NCBI GenBank assembly: GCA_037138355.1
Contig: JBAXIL010000023.1
Span: 1 to 26,234, forward strand
Source: a bacterium
Lineage (GTDB): Bacteria; Oederibacteriota; PGYV01; Palsa-1178
DNA: 26,234 nt
Reading direction: 5' to 3'
The notes beneath the pieces are model-generated. The model was not told where the DNA came from. It saw only the letters and a program-made list of their open reading frames with translations, and did no database searches. Position 1 is the first letter of the stretch; every line of letters begins with the position of its first letter. The position numbers were made by a program, and so were the translations under genes. Positions 1 to 8,822 of this stretch are shown piece by piece.

Positions 1-764
1 CCCCAGGCAAAGGTGGACAGACAGAACATGGTATACAAGTATATGATGGTATGGCAGAAGCTGTTAAAGCTACAGGCGCTGACACTTCAATAATATTTGT
101 TCCCCCAATTTTTGCAGCTGATGCGGTTTATGAAGCTGCGGATTCAGGGGTATCACTTATTATAATAGTAACTGAAGGTGTGCCTGTACACGAAATGTTA
201 AAACTTGATAGATATCTCAAGTCTAAAAATATCAGATATATAGGACCTAACTGTCCTGGACTTATTTCTCCTGGCAAATCAAAAGTTGGAATAATGGCAG
301 CAGATATACATATGAAAGGCAGTGTAGGAGTGGTCTCGAGAAGTGGTACTCTAACATATGAAGTTGTACATAATATGACAAAAGCAGGAATAGGTCAGTC
401 CACATGCATAGGTATAGGCGGAGATCCTATAGTTGGAACTAATTTTATAGATGCTTTGACTTTATTTGAAGCAGACCCTGACACTACAGCAGTTGCCATG
501 ATAGGAGAAATCGGTGGTTCAGAAGAGGAAGAAGCTGCAAAATATATTGCGACTATGTCAAAACCAGTAGTTTCATTTATCGCAGGAAGGACAGCTCCTC
601 CAGGAAAAAGAATGGGACACGCGGGTGCGATCATATCAGGAACTTCAGGAACTGCAGAAGCAAAGATAAGGGCATTAAATGAAGCAGGAGTTGAAGTCGC
701 AAATACACCACAGGGTGTAGCAGACCTTCTTGCAGATAAATTATTATCAGGGGTAGGCAAATGA
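1..764 (+). CDS. sucD: Succinyl-CoA synthetase alpha subunit (5' end outside window)
   Basis: Frame is open from base 3 ([17 protein letters not shown]...), so the ATG at 51 is internal. Motifs [29 protein letters not shown] and the phospho-His motif RMGHAGA. Confidence 0.97.
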   Translation, partial: PGKGGQTEHGIQVYDGMAEAVKATGADTSIIFVPPIFAADAVYEAADSGVSLIIIVTEGVPVHEMLKLDRYLKSKNIRYIGPNCPGLISPGKSKVGIMAADIHMKGSVGVVSRSGTLTYEVVHNMTKAGIGQSTCIGIGGDPIVGTNFIDALTLFEADPDTTAVAMIGEIGGSEEEEAAKYIATMSKPVVSFIAGRTAPPGKRMGHAGAIISGTSGTAEAKIRALNEAGVEVANTPQGVADLLADKLLSGVGK

Positions 765-1687
765 AAATAAGTGTAATTGGAGCTGGAAATGTTGGAGCAA
801 CTACTGCATTATTTTTGGCAGAAAAAGGATTTGCAAAAGAAATAATGGTTGTTGATATAGTAGAAGGTTTGCCACAGGGAAAAATGCTTGATATGTTGCA
901 GGCAGGGCCAGTAGAGCATTACAGTACTATTACAAAAGGAAGCAATAATTATGCTGATATAGAAGGTTCTGACATAGTTATTATGACAGCAGGTCTACCA
1001 AGAAAACCTGGCATGGATAGAATGGATTTACTTTTAAAAAATAAAGAAATAGTTGAAAACGCTGCGAAAAGCATAAAAAAATATGCGTCAAATGCGGTAG
1101 TTATAGTAGTGACAAATCCACTTGATGTTATGGCATATGCAATGTTTAAGGCAACCGGTTTTAATAATAAAAAAGTTGTTGGTATGGCAGGAGTGCTTGA
1201 CTCTACCAGATTCAGGGCATTTATTGCAGAAGAGCTTCATGTAGCAATGAAAGATGTAAGTGCACTTGTTCTGGGTGGACACGGTGACGATATGGTCCCT
1301 GTGAAAAGATTTGCTTCAGTTTCAGGAATACCACTTACAGAACTTTTATCCGATGAAAAAATAAATGCTTTAATTGATAGAACAAGAAAAGGCGGCGGCG
1401 AAATAGTGTCGCTTTTAAAAACAGGTTCGGCTTTCTATGCACCAGCAGCTTCAGCTGTGCTTATGGCAGAAGCAATTGCCAAAGATGAAAAAAGGCTATT
1501 AACAGCAGCCGTGTATTTAAATGGGGAGTACGGTGCAAAAGATGTTTACTGTGGAGTGCCTGTCATACTCGGTAAAGGTGGAGTTGAAAAAATAATAGAA
1601 GTGGAATTGTCGGCAGAAGAAAAAACGGCACTTTCTAAATCAGTGGAAGCTGTGAGAAGCGGTATTAAAAGTATATACGAGGTGTAA
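761..1687 (+). CDS. mdh: Malate dehydrogenase (LDH-like, NAD-dependent)
   Basis: GAGNVG Rossmann motif; [12 protein letters not shown] with the MDH-specific Arg; VTNPLD, LDSTR, GGHGD. ATGA overlap with sucD. Confidence 0.95.
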   Translation: MKISVIGAGNVGATTALFLAEKGFAKEIMVVDIVEGLPQGKMLDMLQAGPVEHYSTITKGSNNYADIEGSDIVIMTAGLPRKPGMDRMDLLLKNKEIVENAAKSIKKYASNAVVIVVTNPLDVMAYAMFKATGFNNKKVVGMAGVLDSTRFRAFIAEELHVAMKDVSALVLGGHGDDMVPVKRFASVSGIPLTELLSDEKINALIDRTRKGGGEIVSLLKTGSAFYAPAASAVLMAEAIAKDEKRLLTAAVYLNGEYGAKDVYCGVPVILGKGGVEKIIEVELSAEEKTALSKSVEAVRSGIKSIYEV

Positions 1688-1697
1688 TGTGTACGAG

Positions 1698-2849
1698 ATG
1701 AGGGAAGAAAATAAGGATCGTATAATAAAAGTTGTGGATACAACGCTTAGAGACGGAGAAGAAACAGCAGGCGTTGTATTTTCTATAGATGAAAAAATCG
1801 GTATTGCACGCTTGCTTGATAAGCTCGGAGTAGATGAGATAGAAGCAGGAATACCTGTTATGGGCGGGGAAGAAAAGAAAGCTATAAAAGAAATTGTTGA
1901 TTTGAAATTAAAAGCAGTAATAATGGGATGGAACAGAGCCGAGATTAAAGATATTGATGAATCTCTTGCATCTGGCGTGAGCGCTGTTTCTATATCAAGT
2001 CCTTCTTCGGACCTCCATATAAAATATAAGCTTGGGAAAAATAGGGCATGGGTTCTAAGTAATTTAAAAAGAGCCATAGATTATGCCAAAAGTAATGGCC
2101 TGTATGTCTGTGCCAGTGCTGAAGATGCCTCAAGAGCAGATGCTGTATTTCTTCTTGAGTTCGCGCAGGCAGCTAAAGAATCAGGTGCGGACCGATTTAG
2201 ATTTTGCGATACCGTTGGAGTGCTCTCTCCCAGTTCGGTTTTTGATAAGATTAAAACTATAAAAAACACACTTCATATGCCAGTAGAAGTTCATATGCAT
2301 AATGATTTTGGAATGGCCACCGCCAATATAATAGCTGGCATTGAAGCAGGCGCAGATTTTGCTAATGTTACTGTGAATGGTTTAGGCGAGAGGGCTGGTA
2401 ATGCAGCTTTAGAAGAAGTGGTAATGGTTTTGAAATATATAAAAGGATATGGCACTGGAGTTAATATAAGCAAACTCAAATCAATTTCGGAATATGTGGC
2501 AAAGGCCTCAGGAAGAGATATACATCCATCAAAACCAATAGTAGGAAGTCATATTTTTATGCACGAATCTGGAATACATGTGGAATCAATATTGAAAAAC
2601 AATAAAACTTACGAGGCGTTCTCGCCAGAAGAAGTTGGTCTTGTTAGACAGATAGTCATAGGAAAGTATTCAGGGATTCCTGCTGTGATACAAAAATTCA
2701 GCGAATATTCCATAAGCTTAGACGAAAAAGAAGCAGCGGCTATATTGAAGTTTGTCAGACTTAAAATAGTAAAAACAAAAAGGGCTCTTTTTGATAAAGA
2801 ACTTGTTTCTATATATTTCGATCATATCAGAAAAAAAAGCCGCGACTAA
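1698..2849 (+). CDS. DRE-TIM metallolyase, NifV/homocitrate synthase-like; candidate Re-citrate synthase
   Basis: DTTLRDGE, IEAG, EDASRAD, CDTVG, HMHNDFG, GLGERAGNA, HESGIH motifs; no LeuA C-terminal regulatory domain. Start may be GTG 1689 or ATG 1698. Family is confident, substrate is not. Confidence 0.85.
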   Translation: MREENKDRIIKVVDTTLRDGEETAGVVFSIDEKIGIARLLDKLGVDEIEAGIPVMGGEEKKAIKEIVDLKLKAVIMGWNRAEIKDIDESLASGVSAVSISSPSSDLHIKYKLGKNRAWVLSNLKRAIDYAKSNGLYVCASAEDASRADAVFLLEFAQAAKESGADRFRFCDTVGVLSPSSVFDKIKTIKNTLHMPVEVHMHNDFGMATANIIAGIEAGADFANVTVNGLGERAGNAALEEVVMVLKYIKGYGTGVNISKLKSISEYVAKASGRDIHPSKPIVGSHIFMHESGIHVESILKNNKTYEAFSPEEVGLVRQIVIGKYSGIPAVIQKFSEYSISLDEKEAAAILKFVRLKIVKTKRALFDKELVSIYFDHIRKKSRD

Positions 2850-2921
2850 AAAACAATAAAAAAACTTGAAAAGAATAATAATTTATTTCTATTGATTTAA
2901 AAATATTTGGAGGTCTATAAA

Positions 2922-3281
2922 ATGTCAGCACATATTAAAACAAGAGGAGTTTTTTCTTGGTTTTTGCAGAGAGTGACTGCTCTTTTGCTTGTGTATTTTC
3001 TGGGCACGCACATTGTGATACTTCATTTTATTAAAAAGGGGACTATTACATTTGCATCCGTAGGCGAAAAATTCGCGGCTAATCCTATTTTTTATAAAGT
3101 ATTCTATTTTGTTTTTATACCTTCGCTTGTTTTTCATGCTTTAAACGGTGCCTGGTCGGTTTTTGTGGATTATAATCCATCCCCTGCTGTAAGAAAGATT
3201 GTGGGTTTGATTTTATGGCTTATCGGTATAACTTTTACAGCTCTTGGTTTAACAGCCATTAGCTTTTTGCTGGGGAGATAA
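2922..3281 (+). CDS. sdhD: Succinate dehydrogenase hydrophobic membrane anchor (SdhD-like)
   Basis: GGAGG RBS at 2909-2913 before ATG 2922; WFLQRVTA motif, three hydrophobic helices, His in GTHI and FHALNG. Confidence 0.85.
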   Translation: MSAHIKTRGVFSWFLQRVTALLLVYFLGTHIVILHFIKKGTITFASVGEKFAANPIFYKVFYFVFIPSLVFHALNGAWSVFVDYNPSPAVRKIVGLILWLIGITFTALGLTAISFLLGR

Positions 3282-3283
3282 AA

Positions 3284-3694
3284 ATGCGTAAAAAAAATCA
3301 GTTAGTAAAACTTTATGATGAGTTTTTTGCAAATTTCAACACTGGAATGATTGCCTGGTTGTTACATAGAATAACAGGAGTTCTTTTGGTATTGTATTTT
3401 TTCATGCACGCTTTTGTAATTGGTTCTGCTGTGCGTGGTGGTGTGAGTTTTGATGCTGCCTTAGCAAAAGTTCAGACGCCTTTCTTTCATATACTTGAAA
3501 TTGGGCTCATAGGAGTTATCTTCTTTCACCTACTAAATGGACTACGACTTTTGATAATTGATTTAACAGGTCTTTCAAAAGCACATAAGGTGCTTTTCTG
3601 GTTTTTTACAATAGCATTGTTAGTATTTATGGGATACACAGCGACTATGATTCTGACTGATGTGCTTTCGGCGACTGGAGGGCATATAAAATGA
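3284..3694 (+). CDS. sdhC: Succinate dehydrogenase cytochrome b556 subunit (SdhC-like)
   Basis: [12 protein letters not shown] and FHLLNGLR motifs, three TM helices; ATGA overlap with sdhA. Confidence 0.88.
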   Translation: MRKKNQLVKLYDEFFANFNTGMIAWLLHRITGVLLVLYFFMHAFVIGSAVRGGVSFDAALAKVQTPFFHILEIGLIGVIFFHLLNGLRLLIIDLTGLSKAHKVLFWFFTIALLVFMGYTATMILTDVLSATGGHIK

Positions 3695-5394
3695 TTTATC
3701 ATGACATAGTTATAGTAGGAGCAGGCCTTGCTGGTTTGCGTGCGGCAATAGAAGCCTCTGACCTCGGTAAGGATGTGGCAGTAATAACAAAAGTACATCC
3801 CTTAAGGTCTCACTCAGGTGCAGCTCAAGGCGGTGTGAATGCGGCACTTGCAAATAATCCTGATGGTGCAGACGATACTCCAGATAAGCACGCTTATGAT
3901 ACAGTAAAAGGAAGTGATTTTTTGGCTGACCAAGATGCTGTCGAGGTTATGACACTTGAAGCACCTGCACGGATATATGAGCTTGAACATTGGGGATGTC
4001 CTTTTTCCCGTACAGATGATGGAAAGATTGCACAGAGGCCATTTGGGGGAGCTGCCTTTCCAAGAACTTGTTATGGTACAGATAAAACAGGTCACTTCAT
4101 GTTACATGCGCTTTATCAGCAGTGTGTAAAAAGAAAAATAAAATTTTATGAAGAGTTTTTTGTAATGAAGCTTGTGGTGGATGATAATCAGGCGCGCGGA
4201 GTAGTGGCACTTAATTTAGGGACAGGTGAGATAGTGGCATTTGCCGCTTCCGCAGTTATATTTGCAACTGGTGGTTCAGGCAGAATATATGGCAAAACTA
4301 CAAACGCACATGTGTCCACTGGTTTGGGAGTTGCCATTCCTTATTGGGAAGGCGTCGCTATTAAAGATATGGAGTTCATACAGTTTCATCCAACAGGAAT
4401 AATAGGAAAATATATACTTATGACCGAAGGTTGTCGCGGAGAAGGTGGTTATCTATTAAATAATGCTGGCGAAAGATTTATGAAAAATTATGTTTCAGAA
4501 AAAATTATGGAGCTTGCACCGAGAGATATTACCTCCCGTTGTATACAGACCGAAATAAATCAGGGCAGAGGTATTAATGGCGGAAAATATGTTTACCTCG
4601 ACTTGCGACATCTTGGCAAAAAGAAAATTATGGAAAGACTTCCAGGGATAAGAGATATTTGTGTGGATTTTATAGGCGTAGACCCTATAAAACAGCCAAT
4701 ACCGATACACCCTGTAATGCACTATACAATGGGTGGAATTGATACAAATCATGATGGAGCTACAAGCGTTAAAAATTTCTATGCTGCAGGCGAAGCAGCA
4801 TGTGTGTCAGTACATGGAGCAAACAGATTAGGTGGAAACTCGCTTCTTGAAACAATAGTATTTGGCAGACGCGCCGGAGAACATGCGGCAAAGAATACAA
4901 AGTCTGAAAAAGAAAAAAATTCGCGTATTGTTTTAGTGGCGGAAAAAGCACAGACTAAGTATGTGGAAGGTTTATTTAAAAATGGCGGAACAGCAAATCC
5001 TTATGAAATCAAAAAACAAGTTTCTGAAATAATGGACGAAAAGGTAGGAATATTTAGGGAAGAAAGTAATATGCAAAAGGCCGTAGATGAAGTAAAAGAA
5101 TTGCGCATAAGGTATAACAGGGATTCAAGACCTGTTATGTCAGGGAAGATTTATAACTATGATTTATTATGGTATTTGGAAATGAAAGGAAGTATAGATA
5201 TTGCAGTAGTAGTGGCGGCAGGCGCGCTGGCAAGAAAAGAAAGTCGTGGCTCGCACTCCAGAACAGATTTCTTAAATCGTGATGATGAAAATTGGATGAA
5301 ACATACAGTAGCAGTTTATAATGACAAGGCACCTATAATTACATACAAGCCTGTAGTGATAACAAAACATAAGCCAGTGGAAAGGAAATACTAA
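3691..5394 (+). CDS. sdhA: Succinate dehydrogenase/fumarate reductase flavoprotein subunit
   Basis: [16 protein letters not shown] (covalent FAD His); [44 protein letters not shown]. Confidence 0.96.
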   Translation: MIYHDIVIVGAGLAGLRAAIEASDLGKDVAVITKVHPLRSHSGAAQGGVNAALANNPDGADDTPDKHAYDTVKGSDFLADQDAVEVMTLEAPARIYELEHWGCPFSRTDDGKIAQRPFGGAAFPRTCYGTDKTGHFMLHALYQQCVKRKIKFYEEFFVMKLVVDDNQARGVVALNLGTGEIVAFAASAVIFATGGSGRIYGKTTNAHVSTGLGVAIPYWEGVAIKDMEFIQFHPTGIIGKYILMTEGCRGEGGYLLNNAGERFMKNYVSEKIMELAPRDITSRCIQTEINQGRGINGGKYVYLDLRHLGKKKIMERLPGIRDICVDFIGVDPIKQPIPIHPVMHYTMGGIDTNHDGATSVKNFYAAGEAACVSVHGANRLGGNSLLETIVFGRRAGEHAAKNTKSEKEKNSRIVLVAEKAQTKYVEGLFKNGGTANPYEIKKQVSEIMDEKVGIFREESNMQKAVDEVKELRIRYNRDSRPVMSGKIYNYDLLWYLEMKGSIDIAVVVAAGALARKESRGSHSRTDFLNRDDENWMKHTVAVYNDKAPIITYKPVVITKHKPVERKY

Positions 5395-6107
5395 TGGAAA
5401 AAACATTTAGAATCTTAAGATATAATCCTGAGAAAGATACAGAAGGTCATTTTCAAGATTATAAAGTTCCGTATGAAAAAGGTTTAACAGTACTTGAAGG
5501 TCTGTATTATATTTTAGAAAATTTAGATGCCACTCTTGCTTTTCGTTCTTCTTGTAGGGCTGCTATATGCGGCTCTTGTGCTATGCACATAAATGGTCAG
5601 TACAGATTAGCTTGTCGCACTCAGGTATCAGCTTTGAATGCTGATTTGATAACGATCAGACCTTTAGCTCACATGACAATCTTAAAAGATTTGGTTGTTG
5701 ATTTAAAACCATTTTTTGACAATTATAAAAAGATAGAACCATACTTACAGCCTGAAGCTGTCCTCCCAGATAAAGAGTTCAAGCAGTCTGAAAAGCAGCG
5801 CGCAAAAATAGACAAGTTAGTTGACTGTATTTTGTGTTCTGCGTGTTATGGTTCGTGTCCAGTAGTTTCTATGAATGAAAAATATTTAGGTCCTCATGCA
5901 TTAGTCGCTGCTTTAAGGTTTATTAATGACTCAAGAGACAGCAAAACAAGTGAGAGGCTGGCAATAGTAGCTAATGATGAAGGTATCTTTAGATGCCATA
6001 CCATTTTTAATTGCCAGCAGGTATGCCCAAAGGATATTGACCCAACAAATGCAATCTTGAAACTAAGATTGAAATCATTTACTTCAAAGCTTGTTGGAAA
6101 GATATAA
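5394..6107 (+). CDS. sdhB: Succinate dehydrogenase/fumarate reductase iron-sulfur subunit
   Basis: CRAAICGSC...C (2Fe-2S), CILCSACYGSCP (4Fe-4S), CHTIFNCQQVCP (3Fe-4S); TAATG overlap with sdhA. Confidence 0.96.
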   Translation: MEKTFRILRYNPEKDTEGHFQDYKVPYEKGLTVLEGLYYILENLDATLAFRSSCRAAICGSCAMHINGQYRLACRTQVSALNADLITIRPLAHMTILKDLVVDLKPFFDNYKKIEPYLQPEAVLPDKEFKQSEKQRAKIDKLVDCILCSACYGSCPVVSMNEKYLGPHALVAALRFINDSRDSKTSERLAIVANDEGIFRCHTIFNCQQVCPKDIDPTNAILKLRLKSFTSKLVGKI

Positions 6108-6252
6108 GCAAAGTAAATTGCAGATTACAACATTTGGTCTATTTAAGGTCTTAATTATGGGCATTTATTAAAACTAATGGGTAACCTTTATGATATATTA
6201 TACTAAACTTGATATAAATTACTCAAAAACCCGTAGTTTTGTCTTATTTTCC

Positions 6253-6281
6253 TTTACACAACACCTGTTTTATGTTAATAT
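6253..6281 (+). promoter_or_regulatory. Putative sigma70 promoter of rpsO-pnp
   Basis: TTTACA (6253-58), 17-nt spacer, TAATAT (6276-81) with extended -10 TG at 6273-74, immediately upstream of the structured leader. Confidence 0.6.
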
Positions 6282-6290
6282 CTCCCCCAT

Positions 6291-6390
6291 GTGCATATAG
6301 CACTTTGCTTTCCCACGCTGTCGTCATTATAACGCACGCGCAGGGCAAAAGCGCTGGGATTATCAGAATAGCCGACGTAATCCCGGCAGT
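6291..6390 (+). ncRNA. Structured 5' leader of rpsO, candidate S15 autoregulatory element
   Basis: Locally GC-rich. Hairpins GTGC/GCAC (6291-6303), an interrupted stem 6307-6352, and an 11-bp stem GCTGGGATTAT/GTAATCCCGGC (6353-6387, with G-U pairs). Position matches known S15 leaders. Confidence 0.55.
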
Positions 6391-6419
6391 TTCATTAGAG
6401 AAAGGTATTGGTGAAAGAA

Positions 6420-6689
6420 ATGGCTTTGATTAAAGAACACAAAAAAGAAGTAATTAGTAACTACAAGACGCACGAGAAGGATTCAGGTTCCCCAGAAGTT
6501 CAGGTCGCTTTGCTTACCACGAGAATTAACAGTCTCACCGAGCATTTCAAAAAACATGTTAAGGACCTAAGTTCCAGGCACGGCTTACTTGCTATGGTAA
6601 ATAGAAGAAGGCGTCTGCTTGACTACTTAAAAAATGTGGATTATGACAGGTATAAAACCCTGATCGATAAACTCAAACTAAGAAAGTAA
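6420..6689 (+). CDS. rpsO: 30S ribosomal protein S15
   Basis: 89 aa from ATG 6420 (MALIKEHK...); [33 protein letters not shown]-terminus. Confidence 0.98.
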   Translation: MALIKEHKKEVISNYKTHEKDSGSPEVQVALLTTRINSLTEHFKKHVKDLSSRHGLLAMVNRRRRLLDYLKNVDYDRYKTLIDKLKLRK

Positions 6690-6701
6690 GGTAAAAAAAC
6701 A

Positions 6702-8819
6702 ATGGCAGAATACACAAAAGAATCAGCAGTTATAGCAGGAAAAAAGCTTACTATAGAAACCGGCAGAATGGCAAAACAGGCTGACGGCGCAGTGATTGTA
6801 ACGCTTGGCGAGACCATGGTTATTTCAACCGTGTGTGCTTCCAAAGAAGCAAGAGAAGGACAGGACTTTTTTCCTTTAACTGTTGAATACAGAGAAAAGT
6901 TCAATTCCGCAGGAAAAATTCCTGGCGGTTTTTTTAAGAGAGAAGGTAAAGCCCGCGAAAAAGAAGTTCTTACTTGCCGCCTGATAGATAGGCCGCTTCG
7001 TCCGCTTTTCCCAGAAGGATATTTGAATGAAGTTCAGATTATCAACTCAGTTATTTCTTATGATAATGTAAACGATCCTGACATACTTGCTATAATTGGC
7101 TCAGCTGCAGCACTTGACTTATCAGATATTCCGTTTGACGGACCTGTAGGCGCAGTAAGAGTTGGTAAAGTGGATGGGGTAATAATTATTAATCCAACCA
7201 GAGAAGAAATTGCTAAGTCAGATGTCAATGTGGTAATCGCAGGAACTGAAACAGCAGTTACTATGATAGAAGGCGAAGCTTATGAGCTCACAGAAGCACA
7301 AATGCTTGAAGTCATACTTGCTGGACACGCTGCAGTAAAAGAAATCGCAGCTTTTGTAAAAACTGTTAGAGCAAAAGCAGGAAAGAAAAAACGCGAAGTT
7401 AAGTTAGTTGTGGTAAATAATGAATTAAAAGCACAGATTAAAACTTTAGCTGAAGCAGGCATAATCAATGCTATGAAAGAGCTCGACAAGCTTAAAAGAC
7501 AGGAAGCAATAGAAATCGTAAAAAAGACAGCAAAAGAAAAATTGCTTGCTGAGTTTGGCGAAGAGGCATTTAACAAAAAATTAAGAGACATAAAAATGGT
7601 TTTAGAAGAAATAGAAATGAACTCCTTACGCGATAAAATAACAAAAGAACGCATAAGACCTGATGGTAGAAAGTTTGATGAGATACGCGCTATAGAATGC
7701 GAAATAAAAATATTACCAAGAACACACGGTTCTGCTCTATTTACAAGAGGACAGACACAGGCACTTGTTGTAGTAACCTTAGGTTCTGACCAAGACGCAC
7801 AGAGCTTAGATGATTTAGAAGGCGAAGCAAAAAAGTCATATACACTGCAGTATAATTTCCCACCATTTTCTGTTGGCGAAGTAAAAAGAATGGGCGGACC
7901 GGGCCGTAGAGAAGTTGGGCACGGAGCACTTGCTGAAAGAGCTTTAAAGGCAGTAATTCCTGACGAAGATGTATTTCCATATACTATACAGGTAGTGTCC
8001 GACATACTTGAATCAAACGGCTCATCATCTATGGCTTCAGTTTGCGGTGCGACACTCGCACTTATGGATGCCGGAGTACCTATCAAAAAACCAGTAGCAG
8101 GAATTGCTATGGGCTTGATAGAACAAGATGGGAAGTTCGCGATATTAACTGATATACAAGGCGCTGAGGATCATTTCGGAGATATGGACTTTAAAGTAGC
8201 TGGAACAAAAGACGGAATCACAGCTATACAAATGGACATAAAAATCAAAGGTGTAACTCCGCAGCTTATGAAAGATGCTTTGGAACAGGCAAGAAAAGCA
8301 AGACTCTTCATACTTGAAGAAAAGATTTTGAAATGTATTGCTGAACCAAAAACAGAAATGTCAAAATACGCACCAAAAATGAAAATAATCAGCATAAACA
8401 AAGAAAAGATTAAAGATTTAATAGGCCCAGGCGGAAAGAACATAAAGAAGATAGTAGAAGAAACTGGCGCTAAGATAGACATAGAACAAGACGGTTCAGT
8501 AAAAGTATTCGCTGCAAATGCTGAAGTACTTGCTTTGGCTGAAGCGCGCATAATGGGAGTTGCTGGATATCCAGAAGTTGGCAAACTTTACATGGGCGAA
8601 GTAATTAAGATAATGGCTTTTGGTGCTTTTATTGAAGTTATGCCTGGAACAGAAGGCCTATGCCACATATCAGAAATATCAGAAGAAAGAGTTAATAAAG
8701 TAGAAGATGTTATGAAAGAAGGCGATAAGTTCTGGGTAAAAGTAAAAGCAATAGATGACAGAACTGGAAAAATATCACTTTCAAAAAAAGAAGCTGTTCG
8801 GGAGATGGAAAGTAAGTAA
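6702..8819 (+). CDS. pnp: Polyribonucleotide nucleotidyltransferase (PNPase)
   Basis: DFFPLTVEY, RLIDRPLRPLF, HGSALFTRGQTQ, ESNGSSSMAS, GDMDFKVAGT, KH (IGPGGKNIK) and S1 domains; canonical rpsO-pnp order. Confidence 0.98.
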   Translation: MAEYTKESAVIAGKKLTIETGRMAKQADGAVIVTLGETMVISTVCASKEAREGQDFFPLTVEYREKFNSAGKIPGGFFKREGKAREKEVLTCRLIDRPLRPLFPEGYLNEVQIINSVISYDNVNDPDILAIIGSAAALDLSDIPFDGPVGAVRVGKVDGVIIINPTREEIAKSDVNVVIAGTETAVTMIEGEAYELTEAQMLEVILAGHAAVKEIAAFVKTVRAKAGKKKREVKLVVVNNELKAQIKTLAEAGIINAMKELDKLKRQEAIEIVKKTAKEKLLAEFGEEAFNKKLRDIKMVLEEIEMNSLRDKITKERIRPDGRKFDEIRAIECEIKILPRTHGSALFTRGQTQALVVVTLGSDQDAQSLDDLEGEAKKSYTLQYNFPPFSVGEVKRMGGPGRREVGHGALAERALKAVIPDEDVFPYTIQVVSDILESNGSSSMASVCGATLALMDAGVPIKKPVAGIAMGLIEQDGKFAILTDIQGAEDHFGDMDFKVAGTKDGITAIQMDIKIKGVTPQLMKDALEQARKARLFILEEKILKCIAEPKTEMSKYAPKMKIISINKEKIKDLIGPGGKNIKKIVEETGAKIDIEQDGSVKVFAANAEVLALAEARIMGVAGYPEVGKLYMGEVIKIMAFGAFIEVMPGTEGLCHISEISEERVNKVEDVMKEGDKFWVKVKAIDDRTGKISLSKKEAVREMESK

Positions 8820-8822
8820 TAT

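Noticed and set aside
1698..2849. Nitrogen fixation inferred from the NifV-like gene
   Set aside because: No nif genes in the window and the context is purely TCA cycle.
6239..6433. 64-aa ORF upstream of rpsO as a possible leader peptide
   Set aside because: It starts at a TTG upstream of the predicted promoter with no RBS; the region is better explained as promoter plus structured leader.
7280..8086. 268-aa antisense ORF inside pnp, and similar antisense ORFs inside sucD, nifV-like, rpoN and others
   Set aside because: Shadow ORFs opposite well-conserved genes, with Ser/Ile/Phe-rich composition and no motifs or RBS.
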